This document shows positions 17,061-26,280 of a stretch of 64,000 nucleotides of DNA, in pieces. The translations under genes and the position numbers were made by a program. How positions within the stretch are numbered: the stretch's first letter is position 1; the number at the start of each line of letters is the position of its first letter. The notes under the pieces are model-generated. The model searched no databases and was not told the origin of the DNA. It saw only the letters and a program-made list of their open reading frames with translations. The DNA comes from an uncultured Candidatus Saccharibacteria bacterium (GTDB lineage: Bacteria > Patescibacteriota > Minisyncoccia > Phycocordibacterales > UBA1006): assembly GCA_964620145.1 (NCBI GenBank), contig CAZUGR010000001.1, forward strand, positions 73-64,072, in the 5' to 3' direction.

Positions 17061-17435
17061 ATGATTAAATCACGATTTAAAATTGAAAAAGACCTCTTCC
17101 CTTCCGTAATGAAAGGTAATTCTGTGTCAGGTGTATATTTTAGAGTGATTATTACCCAATCTGATCAAGAATACCCTAAAATAGGTGTTATTATTGCAAA
17201 GAAATATATAAAACTTGCAGTAACAAGAAATAAAATAAAAAGAACAATTTTCCGTATAATATCAAATCATTTTTCACAACTCCCTCATAAAAATTTTATT
17301 TTTTTAATGACACAAAAAATCCCAAAAGAAGTAGAAAAAACAACAGATTATGGAAAAAGATTAGTATTTTTAATTCAAAATGATACTGAACAAATAATTA
17401 ATAAAATAGTTAAAAAATATGAAAAAGATAAATAA
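17061..17435 (+). CDS. rnpA: Ribonuclease P protein component
   Basis: 124 aa from the ATG at 17061. Basic protein with VTRNKIKRTIFRI (RNR-type motif). Synteny rpmH-rnpA-yidD-yidC. Confidence 0.8.
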   Translation: MIKSRFKIEKDLFPSVMKGNSVSGVYFRVIITQSDQEYPKIGVIIAKKYIKLAVTRNKIKRTIFRIISNHFSQLPHKNFIFLMTQKIPKEVEKTTDYGKRLVFLIQNDTEQIINKIVKKYEKDK

Positions 17436-17649
17436 AATATTCATTTCTCTAGGTGTTTTCCTTATTTTTCTCTATAGATTTATCATCCGACCTTTTTTCC
17501 CAAGTTCTTGTAAATTTCATCCAACTTGTTCAGAGTATACATTGCAAGCAATTAAAAAATACGGGCTTACAAGGGGTATTTTCAAGGGTTTAAAGAGGGT
17601 TTCTCGGTGTCATGGTGGAAATAGTGGAGGTTTTGATCCGTTATTATAA
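17419..17649 (+). CDS. yidD: Membrane protein insertion efficiency factor YidD
   Basis: 76 aa. CKFHPTCSEYTLQAIKKYG...RCHGGNSGGFDP is the YidD signature. Confidence 0.9.
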   Translation: MKKINKIFISLGVFLIFLYRFIIRPFFPSSCKFHPTCSEYTLQAIKKYGLTRGIFKGLKRVSRCHGGNSGGFDPLL

Positions 17650-17678
17650 AAATAATAAATATGATATACTAATACTCT

Positions 17679-18389
17679 ATGTTTTATACTTTAATTCTTC
17701 AACCACTTACCAATGTACTTGTTTTTCTAACTTCTTTTCTGGGAGGAAATCTTGGACTTGCAGTAATTGCGATGACTATTTTTGTTAAATTACTTTTATT
17801 ACCTTTTGCATATGCAAGTTTAAAGAGTCAATTTGCAATGAAAAAAATCCAACCTAAAATTAATGAAATTAAAAAGCAATATACTGACAATATAGAACAA
17901 TCTAAAAAAATAATGGAATTATACAAAGAAACCAATACAAGTCCGTTTGCAGGTTGTTTACCAGTTATTATCCAACTTCCTATTATTATTGGACTTTATC
18001 AAGTTTTCCTTAAAGGTGTTTCATTTGAACCAACAATGTTATATTCTTTTGTAAATATTCCTACTCATATTTCAGATAGTTTTCTTGGAATTATTATGTC
18101 TCAAAAAAGTTACTTACTTGCCATATTAGCAGGAGTTGCTCAATATTTCCAATTGAAATTTTCACCAAGTATGCAAAATAATGTCTCTGATGATAATTCT
18201 ACCAAAGACTCTACATCAGTAATGATGGAAAATATGCAAAAAAATATGAAATATGTTTTACCAGTAATGATTACACTTTTTACGTTAGTAGTACCAGCGG
18301 CAGTTGCTCTTTATTGGATAACAACAAGTATTGTTACATTAATTCAAGAATTTTGGATGAGTAAACAAATCAAGAAACAAGAAATATAA
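17679..18389 (+). CDS. yidC: YidC/Oxa1-family membrane insertase (short form)
   Basis: 236 aa, 5 predicted TM segments. GCLPVIIQLPIIIGLY and ALYWITTSIVTLIQ motifs. Confidence 0.85.
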   Translation: MFYTLILQPLTNVLVFLTSFLGGNLGLAVIAMTIFVKLLLLPFAYASLKSQFAMKKIQPKINEIKKQYTDNIEQSKKIMELYKETNTSPFAGCLPVIIQLPIIIGLYQVFLKGVSFEPTMLYSFVNIPTHISDSFLGIIMSQKSYLLAILAGVAQYFQLKFSPSMQNNVSDDNSTKDSTSVMMENMQKNMKYVLPVMITLFTLVVPAAVALYWITTSIVTLIQEFWMSKQIKKQEI

Positions 18390-18470
18390 TTGTTTCTTTT
18401 TTTGAAAACGGGTATACTTATAAAAATTTAAATATTTGTTTTATTATCAGATATATATTTTCATATTTCT

Positions 18471-18665
18471 ATGACTCGAAACTTTTTACTTTTTCTTATA
18501 CCAGTTATATTTGTTTTTGTGGGGCTTGCTCTGATAGAACCAACAGAGAAACCACAAACAGCATCAATCAATAATATAATACAATCACCAGTTGATTTTT
18601 CTATCGAAGATCAAGGAAGTATTATTTATGGAGTTGATCCAAATGATGGTATTATTATTGATTAA
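18471..18665 (+). CDS. Small membrane-anchored hypothetical protein
   Basis: 64 aa with an N-terminal TM (FLLFLIPVIFVFVGLALI). Followed by a strong terminator. Confidence 0.4.
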   Translation: MTRNFLLFLIPVIFVFVGLALIEPTEKPQTASINNIIQSPVDFSIEDQGSIIYGVDPNDGIIID

Positions 18666-18668
18666 TAT

Positions 18669-18697
18669 AAAAAACTCTCACAATGTGAGAGTTTTTT
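18669..18697. terminator. Bidirectional intrinsic terminator
   Basis: AAAAAACTCTCAC-aat-GTGAGAGTTTTTT. Confidence 0.7.
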
Positions 18698-18700
18698 ATA

Positions 18701-20284
18701 TTAATCAGATCCACCAACGCGATATGACCATAATTCGTAATTATTTTTATTCATAAAGAATAAATACTCAGTAGTTATGTCTGATTCCATGCGGAATATA
18801 TCAATTGGTTGATGAGGTGTTGCTACTTGACCTGCTTGTTGTGTAGAAACAGTATAACTCCATAAAATATCAGAAAAATTAACCTTTCCTTTATACCAAT
18901 CATCAGGATAAAGTCCTGTAGGATACGATGATGGAACTCCACAATAAAATATATCATTCGTATACCAAGTACATTTTTCTGGTAATGTTACAAAAGGAAC
19001 GGTTTGCATTGCTCCAGTAGATAGGTTGATTACTCGGGATATCATTTGTCCATCAAGAGTAAAAGTCGCAAAAGCATGAGTTCCATTAGGAGATGTTTTT
19101 GTGGTTAATCCTTGTAAAGGTCCAATTAATTTTGAAAAAGTTTGCTTGTTTGGATCAAGTCCATACATATACCCTTCAGATCGTCCAGAAGCGTATGTAG
19201 TCAGTGTAACAAGGTCTTTATTTACAAATTGAGGCATCCATTCATTAAAAGTTGATTCAAAGACTTGTGTTGCCCTGTTTGTAGAAAAAGGTTGAATTAC
19301 TCCAATAGTTTTTCCATTTGTTCGTTCAAGACTGAATGTTGTATCAGATTTTTTATCACGAACAAGATGTTGTAAATATTCAGAAACAAGTGATCCAGAA
19401 AGTTGTTTTGGTGCTCTATTCTTTGTGTCTATTTCTTGTTGGAGTGTAGTACATTCTGTTGATATTGCTTCACGAGTAGTTGCATCAACTATTCCTGTTT
19501 CAGGAATAGAGAACATGTTTTGAATTGTTTTTACCGAGCCTTCAGTTTTTACTCCAAAAATTCCATCAAGTACAAGATTTTGTTGAAATTTGTAATTCAT
19601 ATAATCTTGGAGAATTTTTACTTGATCATTTCTATCTTTAATTTTAAGGTCAACAGTAAGGAATGTAGTACAAGCTTTCGGAATTGTTTGAGTTGTTTCT
19701 CCTGGAAGAGTTAGTTTAAAAGTATTAATTCGACTACTTTGATCGTATCGAAGGTATCCAATAGTTCCATTAGAATTAAAAACAAGTTCTTCAGAAGCTG
19801 GTAAGTCTGTGTTTATTATTTTTTTATTTAAAATAGATTCATCAGTAATAATTCCATCGAATATATGTCCGTTTCGTTGATCATTATAACGAATATGATG
19901 TACGGTAATTGGTGTTATTATTTCTTTCTCTTTTCCTGTTTTTTCATCAATAATAATTTCAGTTCTCTTGTCATTTGTAGTAAAAGAAGTAAATCCAGAA
20001 ATAGGAAACGAAGTTATTTTACGTAATCGAGTTCGTGAATCTATAGGAATTGCAGAAGTGTCTAATTCTGAAAGAGATACTTGATCAGAAGTTTCAGAAT
20101 TAGTTGAAGGTAATTCATTTATTCCTGGGAATCGTTGATCGAAAGGAACGAGTTCATTAGTTACATCAACTGATTGATTTTGAGAATTTCCTTTCTGGAA
20201 AAAGATAAAATAAGCAGAAATACCCAAAAAGAGTAAAATAACAATGAGTGCAATAGTGAGTAATTTTTTCCCTTTTTGGTCCAT
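18701..20284 (-). CDS. Membrane-anchored protein with a peptidoglycan-binding (PG_binding_1-like) module and a beta-rich C-terminal domain; last gene of the secretion cluster
   Basis: 527 aa from the ATG at 20284. TM LLTIALIVILLFLGISAYFIFF. LVLDGIFGVKTEGSVKTIQNMFSIPETGIVDATTREAI matches the PG-binding repeat pattern. Confidence 0.55.
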   Translation of the reverse strand: MDQKGKKLLTIALIVILLFLGISAYFIFFQKGNSQNQSVDVTNELVPFDQRFPGINELPSTNSETSDQVSLSELDTSAIPIDSRTRLRKITSFPISGFTSFTTNDKRTEIIIDEKTGKEKEIITPITVHHIRYNDQRNGHIFDGIITDESILNKKIINTDLPASEELVFNSNGTIGYLRYDQSSRINTFKLTLPGETTQTIPKACTTFLTVDLKIKDRNDQVKILQDYMNYKFQQNLVLDGIFGVKTEGSVKTIQNMFSIPETGIVDATTREAISTECTTLQQEIDTKNRAPKQLSGSLVSEYLQHLVRDKKSDTTFSLERTNGKTIGVIQPFSTNRATQVFESTFNEWMPQFVNKDLVTLTTYASGRSEGYMYGLDPNKQTFSKLIGPLQGLTTKTSPNGTHAFATFTLDGQMISRVINLSTGAMQTVPFVTLPEKCTWYTNDIFYCGVPSSYPTGLYPDDWYKGKVNFSDILWSYTVSTQQAGQVATPHQPIDIFRMESDITTEYLFFMNKNNYELWSYRVGGSD

Positions 20285-20330
20285 ATGGAAATAGTATAAC
20301 ATATGATAATTAAAAATAAAAAACAAGATA

Positions 20331-21419
20331 TTACATCTTGTTCATATGTTCTTTATATTTTCCAATATGATATTTCATATATTTTGCACCTGCATAAGAA
20401 TTGCAAAGAGTATTAAAAATATCATCACACCCCCCTTTTTTTTGTTCTTTAAAGGTGTCATCACTGAATTGGAATAATCCTTTATAGCCACTTCTGTTAG
20501 TAACTTTTTCTGCTCCAGCTTTTTCACAAGCATACGCAGCTTCCATTTTACAAGCGATTTTTAACATAGTTACATTTACTCCAATTTCTCGAGCTGCTTG
20601 TTCAATTGATCCTGCATATTGTGAGTATATTTTATTTATCTGTTGAGATTGTGCAAGATATCTTTTGTAGTTATATTGGAGAAAAGCAAGAGGTGTCATA
20701 TGTTCCTTGCGTTGGTTGAAAATATTCGTTTTTAGTTGTGAAAGATTATTATAAAAAGGGTTTTTTTGTGGCGTTGTATAACCCTTCTTCGCTAGCCAGA
20801 TAATTGCTGGAGCACCACCTTGTCCTTGTTGATGATACATATAACTAATAAATCCTACGTCTGAATACATGGTACTATCAGAGGGTAGTGTTACATTGGA
20901 AACGTCCATATTATTCATCCAATCGAGATATTCTTGTTCTACTACCTTAAATTCTACCGTCTTAATCTCCGGACTTAAAATCAACAAATCAGGGTTAATG
21001 GTATTCAAAATAACAAAGGTACCTAATAACAACAATAAACCAAGAATAACATTATAAATTCTCTGTTTTAACACACTAAAGGTATTAATATTGTTATCAT
21101 TTGCTGCATATCTAAATCCATAGATAACTAACATAACAACTCCTAATACTCCAGCAACACCAATACCTATTTCAAACATAAAGTTAAGGAATCCTGCTAT
21201 TCCCTCTTCATCACTTGCTGATACGTTTACACTGTTAATAACTCCTGTTTCTAATGGAATATATTCAAGTAATTGGTAACAGTCTTTGTCTCCGGAAGAA
21301 CAGGAGGTGGGTTGGAGGAGGGTGTCTGGATTAGGAAAAGCCTCATTAGCTGCATAAATTGGTATTATTGAAAAAAAATATAAAAACAAAGAAAAGATAA
21401 TAATACCTAATTTTTTCAT
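20331..21419 (-). CDS. T4SS-pilin-like N-terminal module (signal peptide + 2 TM) fused to a possible lytic-transglycosylase-like C-terminal domain
   Basis: 362 aa. Signal peptide ending IYAANEA, CYQLLEYIPLETG motif, and two hydrophobic helices as in CPR/VirB2-type pilins. C-terminal MEAAYACE...GYKGLFQFSDDTF resembles the SLT E...GLMQ pattern. Confidence 0.5.
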   Translation of the reverse strand: MKKLGIIIFSLFLYFFSIIPIYAANEAFPNPDTLLQPTSCSSGDKDCYQLLEYIPLETGVINSVNVSASDEEGIAGFLNFMFEIGIGVAGVLGVVMLVIYGFRYAANDNNINTFSVLKQRIYNVILGLLLLLGTFVILNTINPDLLILSPEIKTVEFKVVEQEYLDWMNNMDVSNVTLPSDSTMYSDVGFISYMYHQQGQGGAPAIIWLAKKGYTTPQKNPFYNNLSQLKTNIFNQRKEHMTPLAFLQYNYKRYLAQSQQINKIYSQYAGSIEQAAREIGVNVTMLKIACKMEAAYACEKAGAEKVTNRSGYKGLFQFSDDTFKEQKKGGCDDIFNTLCNSYAGAKYMKYHIGKYKEHMNKM

Positions 21420-21464
21420 AATAGAATAATTATATCATTATTTTATTAAAACAAAAACCACATA

Positions 21465-22499
21465 TTACTGTGGTCCTTGAAAAAAGAGTGTTGTTGATTT
21501 TTCTGCTGTTTGTAGAAAAGTTCTTGGATTCTCTAAATTTACAGAAAAAGTTACCTGACCAGATTTGTTCGGGTTTCGAACAATGAGTTCTTGTTTTGGA
21601 GAATCAGGGTCGAGATAGAGTGTTTCATTGTTCATTTTCCAAGTAAAATCAAGATCGTTCAGTCTTGCAAGTGAAAAGAAAAACGGTTCAGCGATAATCG
21701 TAACATCTCCTTGTCCAATACGAAGTCCTTCATTAATGGAAATAGGTTGTCTATAATTATAACTATCTCGATAATACCAATTAATTTCTGGGTTAGTAAT
21801 TGGGATGGTGATGGTTTGTTGTCCAGTATTATTATTTGCAACATCTGATATATTTGCAGTAATTTTTTCTGAACTTCTTAATTTATTATGTTGAATAGTG
21901 AGTGTGTTTTTTCCATATCCTCCTGCGTTGAGAACTGTATTATCGTTACGAGTCCAAACATAAACCGCATCGGCTAATTGATTTGAATTATTTAATTTAA
22001 AATTAGGAATTCCTGTAATTTTAATGATTGATTCTTGGCTTGCAAACTTTTTACCATAATAAAAAGGTGGAACATACGAATCGACTGCTTCCCAGAGAAG
22101 TGCTGTATCCTGAGGTGTAATGGTGATATTTTTAACAATACGAGCACCAGAACCGGAAATAATAACAGTAATACGTTTCCGAGTCCCGTTATTACCTGCT
22201 TGGATTGTAATATCTCGCATACCAATACCTGATTTTTGTTCAAAAGTATCCGTCGTCCATTGAATCATGTATCGATTCAAGTCAATACTATTACTATCAA
22301 GTCTAATATAAACATCTTGGAATGCGCGAGGATATTCTGGATTGATAATAACATCAATATCAGACTCGTTCACTGATGCGTTATATGACAATGCTGATAT
22401 TTGAGAAAGATCGCTTGCTGTTGGTTCTGTATTTTGAGCAAAAGATATATTTCCTAAAAAAGGTATTAAAATAAATAGTAATACAAGAGACTTGTTCAT
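21465..22499 (-). CDS. Secreted beta-rich hypothetical protein of the secretion cluster
   Basis: 344 aa. Signal peptide MNKSLVLLFILIPFLGNISFAQN. No recognisable catalytic motif. Confidence 0.5.
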   Translation of the reverse strand: MNKSLVLLFILIPFLGNISFAQNTEPTASDLSQISALSYNASVNESDIDVIINPEYPRAFQDVYIRLDSNSIDLNRYMIQWTTDTFEQKSGIGMRDITIQAGNNGTRKRITVIISGSGARIVKNITITPQDTALLWEAVDSYVPPFYYGKKFASQESIIKITGIPNFKLNNSNQLADAVYVWTRNDNTVLNAGGYGKNTLTIQHNKLRSSEKITANISDVANNNTGQQTITIPITNPEINWYYRDSYNYRQPISINEGLRIGQGDVTIIAEPFFFSLARLNDLDFTWKMNNETLYLDPDSPKQELIVRNPNKSGQVTFSVNLENPRTFLQTAEKSTTLFFQGPQ

Positions 22500-22535
22500 A
22501 TTCTATAGTATATCAAAAAATGAAAAAGTATCCAA

Positions 22536-22566
22536 AAAATAAAACTTTCCGTAAAGGAAAGCTTTA
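22536..22566 (-). terminator. Hairpin terminator overlapping the virB4-like stop
   Basis: CTTTCC-gtaaa-GGAAAG, with an A-run on the plus strand (a T-run on the minus strand). Confidence 0.45.
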
Positions 22567-24384
22567 TTCAATATCAAGTGATTCAGTTCGCTCTTTTTTC
22601 ATTTTTAGAATTTGATTTGGATCTGAACTTACGATTTGGTCTTCGGTATAACTCGAAATTACCTTGATAGCAACGTGTTTTAGTCCAGCAAAGAATATTC
22701 CTTCACCTACTCCAGATTCGAGAAGTGTATATTTTTCTTCATCAGTGAGGTGAAAAACTTGCTGGAGAGTATCTATTGCTGTAGGTGATTGTTTCAAGAG
22801 AAGTTGAATTGAAGAGTTTGTAATAATAGGTATTCCATATCGCGAACGAACAAAGTCTCCTACGTCTTGAGTAATAGTTGCAAGTCCTAGGAAATATTTT
22901 CTTCCTCGTTTTGCAAGCATGAAAAGGAATGATGCTGCATCTTCGTTCTGCATCATTACCCAGGCTTCATCTACTACAAGGAGTCGTTTTCGGATATTTT
23001 TACGAACAGCGTTCCATATGTAGTTTGTAATAATATACATTGCGGCTGGTTTGAGCTCGTCTTCCATATCTCGAATCGAGAATACTACCATTTTTTTATT
23101 AATATCCACATTGGTTGGATTGTTGATAAAACCTGCCCATGTTCCTCGTGTATATTTTCTCAATCGTTCGAGAAGTGATTCTGCTCCTTCAATTGATGCA
23201 AGGACTTGTTCAAAATCTGACATCAAAGGAGGTTCGGCACGAGTAAAATCAGAAGTTGTAGTAATGTCTTTTAAAGCGTATGTTTCTGTAATAGCTCGAT
23301 CCATAATAGAGTCTTCTTCTGGTGAAAGTCCTCCGAGGATAATACGGAATAATCCTACCAAGTGAATAATATTAGAACGGAGTACATCAGATGGAGATTC
23401 GTCTGGTCCAGGAATTGGAATATCGAAAGGATTAATATGATGAGTTGAAGAGAGTGAGATATTGAAATATCGTCCACCAACAGATTCGGCAAGGAATTCG
23501 TATTCTCGTTCTGGGTCGATAACAATTACTTCAGTATCGAACATGAGTGTTCGCAAAATTTCTAGCTTTGTAGCGTATGATTTTCCAGCACCAGAAGTTG
23601 CAAAAATTACAGAGTTATAGTTCGGCATTGAATATCGGTCGAAAATAATTAGTCCTGCATTTTGACGGTTTACACCATAGAGAATACCCTTGTTATCAGT
23701 TAATTCAGAAGAAATAAATGGGAAAAATGATGATAATGGAGCAGTATCAAGCTTCATCATGATTCCTAGCTCATCAATTCCAATAGGTGCACCTGTAATA
23801 AAACCTTGTTCTTGTTGAAAAAGTGAAGGTTTTAAATAAATCATTTGTGATTCGAGCATTGAACGAATTTCATTCTCTACTTTAAACAACTCGGTTTCAT
23901 TACTTGCATAAATAGTGAGATAAAGTCCAACCGAAAACATTTTTGCAGCTGCTTGTTGGAGATTATCTCGAAGATCTTCAAGGTTTTGGTATGCAATATC
24001 AAGTTCTGGATCACGAACCATTCCCTGCTTTTCACGCATTGCGATTTGACTTTGTACTTCGGCAACCTTTTTTTGGAAATCTCTCATAATTTCTGCACTA
24101 TTAATTGGAACAATATGAATGGAAACATCAAAGATTTTATCAAGATTGATAATAGGTGCCAACCAGCCTTCCGTGAGGAATTTAGGATAAGACATAACAA
24201 AATAGTTTTTTGCTATTTTGTCTCCAAGTTTAATAAATCCAGACCCAATTTCTACTGCTGATGGTGCAAGAATATCACGTAATTCCATTGCTGCAGAGCT
24301 ATAAATATCTGCAGGAAGTACTGGAATAGGAACAGTGTTAGGATTATTCTTTTTTCCTCCAAGGAGGCCTGAAAATAAAGACAT
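22564..24384 (-). CDS. virB4: VirB4/TraE-type T4SS ATPase, middle and ATPase portion
   Basis: 606 aa. Walker A FATSGAGKSYATK, Walker B LLVVDEAW, and YPKFLTEGWLAPIINL, which is typical of the VirB4 central domain. Confidence 0.85.
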   Translation of the reverse strand: MSLFSGLLGGKKNNPNTVPIPVLPADIYSSAAMELRDILAPSAVEIGSGFIKLGDKIAKNYFVMSYPKFLTEGWLAPIINLDKIFDVSIHIVPINSAEIMRDFQKKVAEVQSQIAMREKQGMVRDPELDIAYQNLEDLRDNLQQAAAKMFSVGLYLTIYASNETELFKVENEIRSMLESQMIYLKPSLFQQEQGFITGAPIGIDELGIMMKLDTAPLSSFFPFISSELTDNKGILYGVNRQNAGLIIFDRYSMPNYNSVIFATSGAGKSYATKLEILRTLMFDTEVIVIDPEREYEFLAESVGGRYFNISLSSTHHINPFDIPIPGPDESPSDVLRSNIIHLVGLFRIILGGLSPEEDSIMDRAITETYALKDITTTSDFTRAEPPLMSDFEQVLASIEGAESLLERLRKYTRGTWAGFINNPTNVDINKKMVVFSIRDMEDELKPAAMYIITNYIWNAVRKNIRKRLLVVDEAWVMMQNEDAASFLFMLAKRGRKYFLGLATITQDVGDFVRSRYGIPIITNSSIQLLLKQSPTAIDTLQQVFHLTDEEKYTLLESGVGEGIFFAGLKHVAIKVISSYTEDQIVSSDPNQILKMKKERTESLDIE

Positions 24385-24396
24385 ATAAAAGATAGA

Positions 24397-25044
24397 TTAA
24401 TTATTGAGCGCACCAACTGCACTGTGGAGTTCTCCTGGGTTAAATGTTGTTTGATAGAGCTCGATAAGTTCTGCTGTTTCGAGTTGTTTTGATTGAACAC
24501 CCATTGCAGTGAGACCACTCTGAATTACTGCAATACGTTGTTCTATTTGTGAACGAGATTCTTCAAACCTCCGCATCTCGTCACTGATTCCTGTTTCTGG
24601 TTTTTTACTTCCACCAAATAATCCGGAAAGAAAATTAGTTTGAGCAGTTGGTGTAATTCCTACACCACCAAATGGTACAATAATATAAAAATATTTTGTC
24701 ATAATATTGTATTGCTCATTGAACCATCGGATGAATTCTATGTATTCTTTTGTTTGGATACGGAGAAGTTCTTCAGGAATTTCTTCAAGGCGTTTTTCAA
24801 GAGAAAGTAAATAAGGGCGAATATCGAGTCTCCGAGAGGAAGTTTGAATTTGGATTGCAAATTCAAGAGAGTTTAAAAAAGATTGAAATTGCATAACTGT
24901 TGCACGTTGTTCATCTGCAGACTTGAGACCTAAATTGATAGGTGTTGCCATAATTACTGCGCGCATTTCTCCAGATTCCAAAAGAGCAATTCCATCACGA
25001 ATTTCTTTGATAGGTACAAAATTTTGAGAAGGTGTTCGAGCCAT
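24397..25044 (-). CDS. VirB4 N-terminal-domain-like protein, same frame as virB4 and separated from it by a single TAA
   Basis: 215 aa from the ATG at 25044. FVPIKEIRDGIALLESGEMRAVIMATPINLGLKSADEQRATVMQFQSFLNSLEFAIQIQ matches the N-terminal region of Gram-positive VirB4 proteins. Confidence 0.65.
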   Translation of the reverse strand: MARTPSQNFVPIKEIRDGIALLESGEMRAVIMATPINLGLKSADEQRATVMQFQSFLNSLEFAIQIQTSSRRLDIRPYLLSLEKRLEEIPEELLRIQTKEYIEFIRWFNEQYNIMTKYFYIIVPFGGVGITPTAQTNFLSGLFGGSKKPETGISDEMRRFEESRSQIEQRIAVIQSGLTAMGVQSKQLETAELIELYQTTFNPGELHSAVGALNN

Positions 25045-25057
25045 AAAATTTAATGAA

Positions 25058-25468
25058 TTAATGATAACGAGTTTTATCGAGAATATCGAGATTTCGAGCA
25101 AGATCTTGAATGTTTTGTGTAGTGACTTGTTTCGGTGCAACTTTTGGAGTTTCTTGTGTTGAAGCTTTTTTCGGCGGGGTAGTTTTCTTTGGTACTTTCC
25201 GCCAAACATAGAGTCGATCCTTGGTTATGTAAACAATAAATGCTTGTGCGATTTTGATAAAAGGTTGATTGTTGAGTTTATAGAAAGCTAATGCCCAAGA
25301 AATTCCAGCAATAACAACAATAATTGGAATTGCAAGATAGATAGGAAGTAATTTATATACTGCAAATCCAAGTCCGCCACCACCTGCAATATAAATAAAT
25401 TGCTTGAATGTGAGTGGTCCAAAAATTTTATCTTCGATATCAATAAATTGTGGTACTTCGAATCGCAT
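25058..25468 (-). CDS. PrgI-family (VirB3-like) membrane protein
   Basis: 136 aa. MRFEVPQFIDIEDKIFGPLTFKQFIYIAGG plus two TM helices is the PrgI-family signature. Sits directly upstream of virB4. Confidence 0.75.
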   Translation of the reverse strand: MRFEVPQFIDIEDKIFGPLTFKQFIYIAGGGGLGFAVYKLLPIYLAIPIIVVIAGISWALAFYKLNNQPFIKIAQAFIVYITKDRLYVWRKVPKKTTPPKKASTQETPKVAPKQVTTQNIQDLARNLDILDKTRYH

Positions 25469-25527
25469 AGATAACTACAGTGTATCATATTAAATAATTT
25501 CCGACCAAATTTTTACAAAACAAAAGC

Positions 25528-26217
25528 CTACACAGGAGGCTTTTTTTGATCCATAGATTGAATTGATGCGTCGATAATTTGTTTTCTTTGTTGATAAAAT
25601 TTTTCAAGTTTTTCTCGACTACTCATTACGAGAGGTTCTTTTATTGGAGTTTGTGTTACAGGAATTTCGTCGAGAGGTGTTGGTCCTGTATTTTGTGGAT
25701 TAAATGTCAGAGGACTTATCGGAGTTTGTGTTACAGGAATTGATTCATATGGAGGTGTTTCTAAAATAGGAGAAATGGGCGTTGCTTCAATAGGTTGTAT
25801 TGGTGTAGAAACAGGTTCTGGAATAATAGGTTCTTGTTTTTGGATCATTTGAAATCCCGCATTTTCCATAATTGCAGTTTCTGACAATTCCTTTTTCTCT
25901 GGGCCACCACGTACAATAAATTCATGAATAGGTCCAAAAATTCGTTCATTCACCTGCTCTACAATTTTTGTAGCCTCGGTTGGAGCAAGGGCAAGCTTTG
26001 TAATAATATGATTGATAAAATCTTGCCCATGAACAAGACCTACGAGTACCATCATTGTTTCGTGTTGTAGTTCTTCAATTTCATCAATATGAAGCCCATA
26101 CTGTTTTCCAATAGCAACGAGTTCTGTTGCCCAATCAAAAGATTGAATTGCTTGCTGATTGATAGGTGCAAGATAGGCTAATTGTTCATCGAGGTCTTTT
26201 CTGAGTTTCTCGTTCAT
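25528..26217 (-). CDS. Hypothetical protein with a helical N-terminal domain and a Pro/Thr-rich repeat linker
   Basis: 229 aa from the ATG at 26217. Repeated IPVTQTPI and PISP segments. No recognised family. Confidence 0.45.
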   Translation of the reverse strand: MNEKLRKDLDEQLAYLAPINQQAIQSFDWATELVAIGKQYGLHIDEIEELQHETMMVLVGLVHGQDFINHIITKLALAPTEATKIVEQVNERIFGPIHEFIVRGGPEKKELSETAIMENAGFQMIQKQEPIIPEPVSTPIQPIEATPISPILETPPYESIPVTQTPISPLTFNPQNTGPTPLDEIPVTQTPIKEPLVMSSREKLEKFYQQRKQIIDASIQSMDQKKPPV

Positions 26218-26254
26218 ATAATTCAGTATACCAACATATTGCAAAAATTAAAAA

Positions 26255-26280
26255 TAAAAAACAGGTTCTACCTGTTTTTT
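26255..26280 (-). terminator. Hairpin terminator after the 1078-aa gene
   Basis: AAAAAACAGG-ttcta-CCTGTTTTTT. Confidence 0.55.
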
